From: Amoebidium appalachense | Lineage: Eukaryota; Protista; Ichthyosporea | Assembly (NCBI GenBank): GCA_963693365.1 | Contig: CAVNZM010000006.1 | Location: forward strand, 3,596,001 to 3,660,000 | Direction of reading: 5' to 3' | Length of the DNA: 64,000 nt | Shown here: piece by piece, positions 52,181 to 64,000 of the stretch | How positions within the stretch are numbered: position 1 is the first letter of the stretch | Layout of the letters: every line of letters starts with the position of its first letter | The notes under the pieces: generated by a model | The model's database searches: none | Seen by the model: only the letters and a program-made list of their open reading frames with translations | Told to the model about the DNA's origin: nothing | Made by a program: the position numbers and the translations under genes

Positions 52181-53471
52181 CATCATTTCACAACCCCTTC
52201 CACCCCTCCCCCTCCCCCAACCCATCTCAACGTGTGTACATGTGCTCGGCAAACGACCAATCTACAGCCGCTGGGAGTTGGGTTAGCTGGTAGGAAGAAG
52301 CCGACACGTGGTTTTGCAGCATGGGGCATGCACACATGCACATGTACTACAATGCAACATCTTTCAGTGTCATGTGTTTGTTTTATATATTGTCATTGCG
52401 GACAATATATATACCATACAATCACAACAGTAGGTTTACAGAATAATGCAAATCTCACATGTACAAGATCTCTGGAAATGCGAAGAAAGCAAGGATCCAA
52501 TCGGACAATGTTTTGCAATGTTTGACACAGCACCTAAAACCAATACACCTGGGTTAAACGGAAATTACAGGTTATGTCGCAGGGGGAAAAAGGAGTGAGG
52601 GGGGATGCAAGGAGGAGGAGGGGGATGGGGGGAGAGAGGGAGGGGGGGAAGGGGGTGGAGGAGGGGCAAGGAGGAGGAGGATGGGAAGGGGGGTTGGGGG
52701 AGGGGGGAGGATGGGAGGATGTACAGTATGGATGCGAGGGTGGGAAACGGTGGTGGGTGGGTGTGGGGGTGGGGGAAGGGGGGGGGGGGGGGGGGGGGAG
52801 GGGAGGAGAGAAAGTGAAACAGTATATAACACATGTATACGTAGGAAGGAGAAACTGAACAGGCTTCAGCAATTTCTCAACTAGTAGTTCAAAGTAAATA
52901 ACTACGCGTCAAATGAGGCTTGATATAACTCGCATCATTTGAATGAGAGGGGGGGGGAGGATATCTGGAATCCAAAAAATGGAAGGGAGTGAACACCACA
53001 CCCCTTATTTAATTGATCATTCATATAAATGTCCACAGGCCAGGTTACATGCCTGCATCCGAACAAAAGCCAAAAACAAAAAGCCAAAAGATGAATACTA
53101 CCAACTCCATTCTAAAACCCTTTTTTTCTTTTTTGTCATTCTCAGTAATGCTACGAGAGATTGGCACACGTACAGTTCTCTACCAGCATAAAATATCTAA
53201 ATATCAGTTACAAAATGAAAAATACGCCACTAAATCATTAGGGAAAAAAAGGTGGAAAGGGGAACATGGCAATAATATCCCACAAGACAAAACCAAGCCC
53301 TAAGCGGCTAAGCCCACACAGGGAAAAAAAAAAGATACGTTCCTATTCTTGCATGTATTTTGTAATCCATGCTAAACCCACTCGCGTCGCCCCAAATCTG
53401 TCAACAACCATTTCAATCTCAACTTTCCGGCACCCTCACACAAAGCATCATGTAAATGGGCTAGAAATGAA

Positions 53472-54197
53472 CTACATGTATGCGCGCGGTGACAAAATAG
53501 CCGGGCGCATGAGAGCCAATCTCACCGAATTCCTGTGCGTAAAACCCCAACATATCTTGTCCAAATCCTGTGGCGACATTTCCGATTTTCTGGCCAGCGC
53601 ATGTTTCAAAATCAGCCCCTGAAAGGCCTCCGCCTCGATTCCCAACTGGAAAAACACCCACGAAACATCCGCAAGCTGGGTCCCGGTCATAGTGTGCAGT
53701 TTACTGGATAGGTATACCTGACACAGCTGGTGCACCTGCTTCTTTGACACCCCCACTCCTGCGTACTGTTTCGCTGCCTGTTCGACAAACTCAGTGGTAA
53801 TTCGCTCCGGAAGTGGGTCGGCTATTTTGTGCGTGACGGGGAACATGGCTGCAAGCGTCACTTTCAACTCCTGTTTGAAAAAAGTGGGCAATTTAGTACA
53901 TGCTTCTAGGTAGCAAGATGAACAATTACAATATATAATATAAACACACACACACGTGTGCGCACACACACGCACACACGCGCACACCCACACAGACACA
54001 CACACATGCGCGCGCGCACACACACAAATCTATATGATCTAGAGCTTTAAACAAGGAGGTAAAAGATGTGCGGCCAACCGATTTTCTCCTTGGCGTCATA
54101 GGGAAACCAAGGCAGCATGAAAAAAGAGGGAGGTAAAAGACGCGAAACAAAGCAACTCTTGGGTGTAATGGTGCCATATACGTCTGTGTGTGTGTGT

Positions 54198-54233
<36 letters not shown>

Positions 54234-55260
54234 ATAAGTCGATCCTGCTGCAAAGGCTTATGTAACCTGCCTGTGTGCCTGTGTGTGTTGACTTCTATTG
54301 TCTCACCTCAGGGGGAACTAAAAGCCACCACATGTACAAACAGTATACCATGTGTGTACACACAATTTCCATGCACCAGCTAAAAGTATACACACACATT
54401 GCACACACCACTAAAAACACTGTGGTCACAGCATATGTCATTATGAGCATTATGCAACATCGCATGAACCGAAAGGAATAGCCACATATTAGACACACAC
54501 CTCAGAATAATACATACTTCACGTCAGCAACGATACCAAAGCTGGTGACGGCTTCAGAGGCAACAAAACACGTGTACTGTGCAAAAGCGCTAGGCTAACT
54601 CTCGTTACTGACCAAAGAGTACACCGGAGAAGGGATACACACGGAGGGATGGGGGGAGAAGGAGGGGCCGGGAAGGGGGAAGAGGGAGGGGGGGGGGGGG
54701 GGGTAAGGACAGACAAGCAACACACACAGGTGCTCATCCCTTCCCTGACTGCCGACACATACAAGCACACGGGCACGAGCAGGCACAAGCACAAGCACAT
54801 GCAAGTGTGAGCACGTGCCAAAGTGCTTAGGTGCATGGGCGTAAGAACAGTTGTGCTTTCGCGCACAAAGTGCAGGCACACACGTGAAACAGCCAGCACA
54901 AACACACCATCCTACATACAAGGTTGCACGTGGAAACAAACGGGATATGTAAGCAGGCTCTTCAAACACACTTAGCAACATATGCACGAGGTGTAACACA
55001 CAGCAGACAACACACATATATGAAGAAATATACCTTAGCCACTGCGAGCACAAGGCACACACAAGCACAGTACACATGCACACAACCGCAAGCACACAAG
55101 CACTCGCGTACTCGCACACAGAACAGCTGGTACGAACGGACAACACAAAACATGCACAAAACGTACACACGCTTGGCCTCAGGACAGACAAGCACAGTCA
55201 CGGGGACACAAGCACACAGGCACACAAGCAAACACACGAGCATAAGTCACACACGACCCG

Positions 55261-55337
<77 letters not shown>

Positions 55338-55564
55338 CACGCACACGCACGCACGCACGCCCGCCCGCCCGCCCGCAAACATGTAAATACCTGCAGATCT
55401 CTCTCTCTCTTCTTCTCAGGCGGCTCCTCAAACAGTTCGTGCATAACACCGGGCACCACCCTGTTTTTATAGCTGCTATTCTGCCGCGCAAGGACATTCA
55501 GAGGTGCATGTACAGCTGGTCTGGCGCACAAGCGGGCCCCCAGCTGTGCGCACGCAGACAACAT
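53472..55564 (-). CDS. Small (~190 aa), probably mitochondrial helical-repeat protein (FAST/OPR-like), 2 exons (55564-55391, 53870-53472)
   Basis: Basic presequence MLSACAQLGARLCARPAVH; phase-0 join CTGCAG|gtattt...aaacag|GAGTTG; repeats MTGTQLADVSWVFFQLG and MSPQDLDKICWGF resemble FAST/OPR units (inference). Confidence 0.7.
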
Positions 55565-56560
55565 TGTTCAAAGACTCTTTTTTCGTAACCAATGTAATAA
55601 GAGATTCGGCTGCGAAAGGTGGTGAGTGCTCGACTTTCAAGAATTCACGAAACGCTAGGTTAAAGGCACTCCCACGTTCGTTCCCTTGCCGCGCCACGGC
55701 ACGCAAGATGTGGACTAAAAACAGCAAGCAGCTCTCCGTTTCTCTCTAAAGCCTTTTTCTTTCACAATCCCAAGGTAACAAATATAAGGAGACAGTCTAT
55801 GTGGCACTTTAGTTTTCGACTTTCGACAGAGCGAGAAACGAAAAGAATCCGGGAATGGGAGCGCCGATTAAATGACTTGCTCAGTTGAATGCTGGCAGTA
55901 TTCAAGAGCCTCATTATGGAGGAGGGCAAATAATGTTTCCTGTGTAGCCTGCTCAGCTGCAACAAGCACGATGGATTGATTCAAGATTATGTTGATATCC
56001 AAGGGGTGATAATCAAAGCAAGCGCTGTTTTCTGCTGCCTATTTATTTATGCTATCTCAGTAGGCTTATATTGTCAGAACATGTATTTTTTTTTTTTTTT
56101 TGCATAAGCCTAGAAGAAAGCAGTACTGTAATTGGGGATCGCGACACTACACTCAAACAATTTGCCCATCTCTGTGAGCCAGTGCTTGAGAGGGGTGTGA
56201 TATTCATAAGTTGAGGTTATCTAAAAGACTGATCTTTTATCTACACAAAACCTTTTTTACTGACATTAAATAATATTAAGGCAATATTATAAGCATTATA
56301 TATCGCGTTATTGCCAATTTATTTGCCAAAAAAACCCTTTATGACCTACTACCTCAAATAAGTATTTGCCTTGCTCCTGTAGCTAGCTGTGATTGGATCT
56401 TACCGACCTACGTAATAACCCTGCCTCAAGTGCCGGTGTGAAGACTTCGAAGACTTGTCACTTGTGTTCACTGAAGACCTCAGAGCTCAAAAAAGGGTCA
56501 TTTGGAGAGGTTTGTGCCAAATTGTGTAGTTGTCAAAGCGATGTTGGTGGGAGTGGTAGA

Positions 56561-58360
56561 ATGGCATCTATCGTGTTCCTCGCGTTTGTGGAGGATGTAT
56601 GGACGCCAGTCGAAGTAGCGGAAAAGTCTTGGCATGCTCTTTCAGAAAAGGTAAGGGAGGGGAGTTGCCTGTTTTCATTACCTTGTTGGGTATACTTGTT
56701 TGTTCTGTCACGTTCACATTCTTGTGTGCAGAGTTTGGCGGTATATTCTTCTAACTTAACACTATATGGTTAGCTTGGTGGCTTTATTCAGTCCTGTCAT
56801 GCACTTATATGGTGTACATGTTTGTCTCCTAGCTGGTAGGGCCGGTTACCCGGGTATGTGGTTGCTTATCATGGTATAAGTTTTTGCTGGTTCTTCACTT
56901 TCGGAGTAGTGCTTGAGCTGAGCTTACTCCCATTGGTTAACGTGGCTTAATCTTCGGATGGAAGAGTAACGCCTGTAGAGTTTGTGTAGCCATTTCCATG
57001 TGTTCCTTCTCGAACCTGTATGGCGTCGTCTGTTGGTAAGCTAGCATGTTCGTCGTCTGTTTGTAAACTAGAATGTAGGACTTACAAGTCTAACAGCTGT
57101 TTACTGCAGCTGCAGACCATAACTGCCGTTCGGCCTCTGAAGGTTTACTATTGCGATGGAGAAGAAGACTTTGTCCGGGTCTCGTCAGAATGTGAGTTTT
57201 GCTACCCTTCCCAGTGTATTGCTGCTTCTGCATTTTATTATCGTTCGGAACACTTTTTTTGGAGTCTGTGCTCTGACGCAATGTCTAGCTCAAGACCTGG
57301 TGCTGCCATCTTTCTGGTCTGTTTTATTGTTCATGAAACTCTTTTTCGTATTCAAAACCTTGTTGGGCGTATATGTACCAGGGTCTGTGGTAGGTGGGGA
57401 ACACATGGGGGAAGGGGGAGGGGGGGGGGGGGGGGGGGGGGATTTAACAGGTAACAGAGGGGCGGGAGGGGGGGGGGGGGGGGGAGGGGTGGCTATTGCC
57501 GCCGACGCGTGCCGTAGACGGGAAGAGACTATGTGGTAGCAAGGAAGCAAATAGCCTCGATCAAAGCCGACCTTCAGTTTTAGCGAGCTGCTATTGGTCA
57601 GTTTGATTCGCGGCTATTTACTTTCTTGCCACCCCATAGCGACTGTATGGAGGTTCGAATCTTGCTATATACGTGCATGTGTGTTGACGTGTGTCCATGG
57701 ACGTGTTTTTTGTTCTGCCACTGAGCATATGCACGGGAGGTTGTGAAGTGGTGTGTGTGGGGAGCTCGTTTCTCTCGGGCTTCCTCTTGTAAGTGCGTGT
57801 ATACACAGGGGTGCTTGTTGCAACCCCCTTTGCCATGCCTGAGGATTCTAGCCTTATCAGCCCCAATCCTCTGCTCCTTTTCCTGGGGTTTTCCCGACGT
57901 CATTTTTGTCCTTGGTTTCCTCCCTTAAACCCCCCCCCCCCCCCCGCCTTCCCCCCCCCCCCCCCCCTGAGGATGGGCTCTGCTTATGACGCATACTGTG
58001 CACTTGGCTGATGTTGCATACTTGAATGTTTGCCTTTGCATGTGTCCTGCACCATGCTTCTCGTCGTGTATGCGTACTTCGTACCGTGTTCCGCATTCAA
58101 ACCCCCCCCCCTACCCCCCTCCCCCCTTCCCCCCTTGCTCGTTTTTACGGTGGGCCATGCAGCTGAACTCGAAGATGCGCTGAATGAAACGACCACCCGT
58201 CACGGTGTGAGCACCCTCCTCCTCGTTGTCAACAGTAAGCAGCCGGAGCGCCCCTGGGACTGGAGCCGATATGGCAGTAACTGCGCTACTGCCATTGGCA
58301 TGATATCCCCCCCCCCCCTCCCCCCCCCCCCCCTCCCCCTCCAAACACTCACACTCACAC

Positions 58361-58409
<49 letters not shown>

Positions 58410-60344
58410 CTGGTGCTCTTTGGGTTCGTTCTTTCCCGTCGTTTATTGTACCCGCTTTCCACGGCTTCATGTGCTTTAACCCCTCCCCCCCCCCCCCCCC
58501 CTTCCCCCCCCCGGGGCAAAGGGGGGTTTTTTTGAGGGGGGGTTTTGGGGGGGGGTATAGCATTCTTGGCAATTGGAAGGCTATGTTAGAATCCACGGGG
58601 TAGGATCTTACCGTCCGGTCCTTGAAAGAAATGTGTCTGCTTTTTATCTTTATCTTTTTTCCTTTCATTTCTCTTTTTTCTTCCCCCTCCTCCCCCCCCC
58701 CCTATATATGGAGGAGTGAAGGGGGGGGGGGGGGGGGGGGGGGGGGAGGAAGGGGAGAGGGGCAAGCATATGGATGTATGGCTCTGACTCCAGGTTCTAG
58801 ACTTGTGATTGTATCTGCTAGGGATTCACCATTGAATGTCATCACGCTGACACCTCTCAAAGAAGATGCAAACAAACTTATTTGTGACACACTCACACAT
58901 GGATAGGCGTGCGCGCACACGCACACGCGGATGCACATGCATGCACTCAGGTATCCTAACGCACACATACACCACGCATGCACACACACGAATAAGAAAA
59001 CTGCACCACGAATACTCCCCCTCCCCTCCTCCCCCCCCCCTCCTCCGCCCTCCCCCCCCTCCCCCCCCCCCCCCCCCAAACACACACACACATGCACACT
59101 CACACTTCCTCTCACATGCACACACACAGAGAGGAGGCGGCGGCGGGGAATATCGCCCAACGGCCCGATGCCCCCCTACCGTTGCGTCAGTTGCTGCAGT
59201 CGTTTCTCCACCTTCTACTGGTGCACATCCTGCCCAGGCTATGTCGTGTGTGAGGGGTGCACGTGGCATGAATCATACACACATCCGGAGACACACGTGA
59301 TGGAGTCCTCCTCTACCCCCGCCACACAGCATTGGTTCGGCGGAGAGCAGAGGTGGTCTTCTCTGCACGGCAGCAACAACTTGAACAGTGGCAACAGTGG
59401 CACTTCTTTCTTGATGGAGTTGGAAAGGGTGAGTGATGGTTGTGTGGCTGGATGGAGTGAAGTGTGTGTTGGGTCCTTGTTCTCTCTTTGTGTGGTTTCA
59501 AGGAGGTGGACATGTTTTCTAAACAACCTCCCCCTCCCCCCTTCCCCCCCCCCTCTCCCCCGTCTATCTTTCCCCCTTCCCCACCACCTCCCCCCCCCCC
59601 CCCCCCCTTCCGTCCTCCCCCCCACACACACTCCGCCCTTTTTCTCCTGCAAAAAAACAAAAGAATGAGAAGGGATGGATAAAAGAAAGGAAGAGAACAG
59701 TATATCCGGATTCCCCTGAACGCTTTCTTTGTGTTTATGCTTGGTGCACATACACTCTTTGTGTTTATGCTTGGTGCACATACACTAAATTTATGAAACC
59801 GTGCCTCCTTTCGCGCTGTGTGGTTTGCAAATGTACGATCTGTTACTGTTTTGTGACCGTGTTGCAACTGGCAAGGATTGGTACACACGAATGCATGCCC
59901 ACGAGTTTTTAATTCATCTGGTTGTATGGCACTGAACTTTAGTTCGGTGGGTTGCCCCCTTTTCATGCTGTCTTTATGATGATGGGCTTTGTTCAAGTGT
60001 CTGTTGTGTTGACATTTCTTTTCATTTTTTTTTTGGTGACGTTTTGTGCTTCTCCTCTTGATGTCTCCACTTCCATAATCCAACTCACTGATCCATACCT
60101 ACCCCCCCCCCCCCCCCCCCTTTCCTCGTTCCCTCCCACTCCCCTCCTCCCCCCCCCCCCCCCCCCCTTCCGCACCGAGAATTGGCTGTACTTATTATGC
60201 ATACTCTTTGTGTGTGGTCTTTCTTGCGTAACTTGCATGTCGTCGGGAATGTGTACTCTGTATTTCTGAACACATTATTGCCCCCTCCCCTTCTCCGTCC
60301 CCCTCCCACTTGCACTCCCACTTGCACCTTCGCTTCCTCCTTCC

Positions 60345-60393
<49 letters not shown>

Positions 60394-60976
60394 AAAAAAC
60401 CTCCCACCGCCCATGCTCTGTGTGCTTTTCACGCTGCATTATGTTGCCCATTATGAATGTGTGCCTCGTACTCTATAATGTATCCTAAACCCCTCCATCC
60501 CCACCCGCCTCCTCACTCCCAACCCCACCGTCCCCCCCCCCCCCTGCGCGCACACACACACACACACAAATCACAGGCGGACCCACCCCAGCCACCCACG
60601 CCTTCACCTTTTGGTTCTTCATTCGTCAGCAAGCGCAAGTTCCGCGCCACCGCCAGCCCCAACCAAGTCGTCACAGCCACGTGGTGTGTGCGCAATTCTG
60701 GGCCCAAGGCCTGGCCCGCTCTTGTGCATCTTGGCCTCAAGAGTGCAACGTTGATGGTTACACCGTTCCACACAGACGGCGGGGTGGGTGTAGGTGAGGT
60801 GGTGAAGTTTTCCGCTCTGGCAATGGCTCCCCCGACAGAGGGTGTTTACACGGCGTGAGTATACCTTTAAAACCCTCCCTGTCACTCCCTCCTTCCCCGT
60901 CTCCCCCCTCCCCCCACCTCACCCCCCACATCCCCCCTCGATCTTCCCGTTACTTGCTCGCACTTAGCCTATATTC

Positions 60977-61011
<35 letters not shown>

Positions 61012-61622
61012 TCTCTCCCCCCCCCCCCCAACCTCCCCTCTGCCTGCTGCTCGTTGCTCTCACTTAACCCCTGCCTGGTTCGTGGTTGGCTTCGACTTCG
61101 TTTACATCACGCAGTTGTGTTGTTTTTGTTAGCTCTCTTCCCCTTCCCCTCCCCCCCCCCCCCCCCCCCCCCCTCCCCTCCCCCCCCCTCGCCCCCGCCT
61201 GGGCAGCTTCCCTCTCCCTTGTCAAACATTACCATCAACATACCATCATGTTGTGCATGTTTGGCTGATACGGTCACGACACTGAAGTTTTGGCAAAGTG
61301 GTTTACCCCCTACACCCCCCCCCAAAATACACTCCCTCCTTGTCGCACTCCTAACCCTTCCCCTCTCCTTTTCTCCATACACATAGCCTGTCTAGATCAC
61401 GGGCATGTTTTGGCCAACACATCATCATTCTGTCCACTGGTTTATTCTCCCCGTCTCCCCCTGTTTTTTCTCTTTACTTTCACATCATCCCCATTTTGAG
61501 AAGAGAAGATCGAAACCAAAAAGAACGTCAGATATAGAAACAACTAGACAACTGGAATGGTCAATGTATTGGCCTATAGAAATCCGTTCCCCCGCCCCCC
61601 CTTTTTTTTCCGTGAAAAACGA

Positions 61623-61660
<38 letters not shown>

Positions 61661-62050
61661 ACGGTCTACACGGTGACTCCCCTCTTTCTTGTAGTTCGGC
61701 TGCCCGATGCGTGCATGTTTCCACCCTGACCGTGTGTGTGGTGCAGGGAGTGGGTGGTTGTTGCTGACGGTATCGAGGCTGAGGGGTGTGAGGATCTGTG
61801 TGGGCCCCTACGCATGGAGATTCACGTCAAATCTGACCACACGTATGTTACCCCCTTCCCCCCCCCCCCCCTCACCCAACCACCCCTCTCCCTTCTTTCC
61901 CTTCTTTCCCTTGGGTGGCGTTGATGACTTGTCCACAGAGGATGGGGTTTTACGTTGCATGCTTTGAAGCGTCTGCTGCCTGTTGCAAATCCGCACTGTA
62001 TCCACACCATGTTATGCGGCATGGAGTGTACTTCCTGCGACCGAGTTTGA
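56561..62050 (+). CDS. NBR1-like selective autophagy receptor (PB1 - ZZ zinc finger - FW/NBR1 Ig-like domain); final exon uncertain
   Basis: Exons ~56561-56650, ~57109-57191 (YYCDGEEDFVRVSSE, PB1 acidic motif), ~58163- (ELEDAL), ~59130-59428 (CVSC...YWCTSCPGYVVCEGC...H..TH, ZZ finger), 60577-60855 (TWCVRNSGPKAWP...GEVV...APPTEGVY, FW domain), 61747-61842 (EWVVV...), and possibly 61939-62050. Confidence 0.75.
57968..58101 (+). mobile_element. SINE-like family copy (subtype B), sense to the host gene
   Basis: (C)n tgaggatgggctctgcttatgacgc...gcgtacttcgtaccgtgttccgcattcaaa (C)n. Confidence 0.9.
60176..60489 (+). mobile_element. Two degenerate SINE-like copies (60176-60280, 60413-60489)
   Basis: cttattatgcatactctttgtgtgtgg...gtgtactctgta and gtgcctcgtactctataatgtatcctaaac(C)n, each flanked by C-runs. 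Confidence 0.6.
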
Positions 62051-62970
62051 ATCTTGGGGGAAGGCAGGGGAAAGCGAAATGAGAGCGAGAAAAGAAATTC
62101 ATTGACTTCCATGTCAGACTGGCGTTTTTGTCGTGTGCTGTGTACTATGTGTTGTACCACCGGGTGGCGCGGGCCGGGGGGGGGGGGGGGGGGGGAGAGG
62201 GAGGGGGGGGGAGGGGGGGAGGGGGGAGTCCTTTCTCAGGAAAGAGCGAGCACAGACACATGAGCTTCGCATATGTCCTCCCCCCCCCCCCCCCCCCCCA
62301 AAAAAAAAAAAAAAAAAAAAAACACCCACGTTTTGCATGCCTCTTGCAGAAGAATGAAGTTGGGACCCGGGAAGTTTCTTTGTTTCCCCCCGTTTATCAC
62401 CAAAAGCGATATCATCAGAGGGGAATCATTTTCGTGCCAACTTGCCCCGACCGTCGGTTGCGACATCGTACTATGAGCGAAACCGCCCTTTAAGGCTAAT
62501 ATATGAACGATTCCTATTGGTAGTCATTAGCAGTCATCATTATACTACAAACGTGTAGATACGCTTGCGGGTCTTTCGAATTCACAAACGGTCAACATCA
62601 CGTGACGGTTGATCCCGACTGGGCCGGCACCCGGCCCTGCTGTGGCTCGGTATCAGTGTTCAAACTGAATCGAAGCTAGGCTGCAACAATAGAGCGAATC
62701 TACCAAACATCTATCTTCCGGCTTATTGAGTTCATTTAGCCGTTGCTAGCCTGTCGTTTGTGTCAACAATCAGCAATGCACGTGCATTCCAGTCATCTTG
62801 CCTTATTAGGCATGATCATAGTCCTGGAGCTCAGTCTTCAGCATCTTGGCAGCATGCACCACAATGTTCGGCCGCCAGTCTCCCTATACCGTCCCTTGGA
62901 CCCCTGCTGACTCGTCCATTTCTTGACCTCCCAGGGGCCCTGCGGTACATAAATTGCCATTAGGACCCGA

Positions 62971-63310
62971 TATGGCTGCCCGTCGGCCTAAACTAGATAA
63001 TGTGGCACCCTATAAAGTGCAGATCCGGCCTGAGGCTCCCAGGCCCAAGCCTCCACTAGATAACGTGGCACCCGATAAAGCCCCTGTCCCACCTGAGGCT
63101 CTCGAGTTGAAGCCTCAACTAGAAAACTTTGCATCTGATAAAGCTCCCGTCGCCTCTGAGGCTCCCGGGGCCAAGCCTCAACAAGATAATGTGCCAAAAT
63201 TAAAAAAAGCCCGTCGGCCTCCCGGGCCCAAGCCTACTTACGGAGAGTATTTGACAAGCTGGCATGTTAGCAACGGGACGGAGTATACTCAAAAGCAAAA
63301 AGATCAGTAA
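62971..63310 (+). CDS. Pro/Ala/Lys-rich ORF or exon with ~3.5 tandem 21-aa repeats, function unknown
   Basis: 63-bp units start at ~62993, 63056, 63119 and 63182 (LDNVAP-DKAPV-PEA-xxKPQ); the frame is preserved across the diverged units. Confidence 0.55.
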
Positions 63311-64000
63311 GCAGTTGTGTGCCTCCTGGAAGTTGGTTCATGATACACTTTGTTGGCCAGTTTCCTATCTTGTCATCTTGTCAACAACATACCTGTATAA
63401 ATTAAACGTGCAAGCATCAACCAATGGAAACTATGATAAAAAACTTAAATCGCGACCTGTTTATTGCTTTACGCAGCCCAGGTATCACAGTGTATTCTCG
63501 CAGACAGTGTCCCGTCGACCTCTCCACGATATAATGCCTTTTAGGGCTGCATAACCAAGTTCGAGTCCCGGCACTCACCACCTTTTTCTTTTTACTTTTA
63601 CATTTATTATCATCGTTATTCTTATTGGCGTTGTTGTTCATTATACGCCAGTTTGTGATGGCTAAGTGGGAGCGTAGAATATATTGCTTGGCTCTATATT
63701 GAGCGGCTGGAGGTTTTTGCTGTCTGAGATTTCAGATTTTTAATCCAAATCCGCGAAGAGTCCATAAAATCTACACTTCATTTAGAAGACTGGCTTAGGC
63801 CTCATATTTGATTAACATTTAGCATATACAGCAATACGCATTATTTGTATAAGCGACACTGGGGTGTCCGGCGCTTATCATGGCATGGTCACAACATGAG
63901 ATATTCTAGGTTTGCCTTAGACTATGGATTCGAGAAATTGGCGGTCGAAGCCCAAGCCAGTTTCAAAGTTTTTGCTGATTTTAACAACGAGGCCGGTTTC

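Noticed and set aside
51713-53232. Possible hAT TIR pair CAGTGGCG / CGCCACTA
   Set aside because: The match is only 7/8 nt and there is no 8-bp TSD.
59727-59786. Short tandem duplications (30 bp here; also ~23 bp at 2471-2520, ~34 bp at 19773-19840, ~27 bp at 57024-57077)
   Set aside because: These are ordinary two-copy slippage duplications with no further structure.

Overview
Eukaryotic nuclear DNA with GT-AG spliceosomal introns; the organism cannot be determined from sequence alone, but the gene content suggests a protist or unicellular opisthokont. Introns are dominated by poly-C/poly-G tracts and (CA)n/(GT)n/(CT)n microsatellites, so almost all ORFs in the supplied track are low-complexity artefacts. 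Manual exon joining gives these genes: the last exon of a gene entering from the left; a longin-like gene (-); a mitochondrial type I DnaJ (-, 11 exons); a Myb/SANT trihelix gene (-) with an apparent 1-nt frameshift; a ~20-exon DUF924-TilS-like fusion (-) head-to-head with an 11-exon queuine tRNA-ribosyltransferase QTRT1 (+); a small mitochondrial FAST/OPR-like protein (-) head-to-head with an NBR1-like PB1-ZZ-FW gene (+); and an ORF built from 21-aa repeats. Mobile DNA comprises a PIF/Harbinger MITE (TAA TSD), a hAT MITE (8-bp TSD) and other foldback elements. The most unusual feature is about 17 copies of a short intronic retroposon-like family. Copies share a 3' end (...GTACTTCGTAC...GCATTCAAA), are variably 5'-truncated and are embedded in poly-C tracts, and the longest has a structured head resembling 5S rRNA. 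This suggests a poly-C-targeting or poly-C-tailed SINE system. Exon boundaries were derived by eye and may be off by a few nucleotides.
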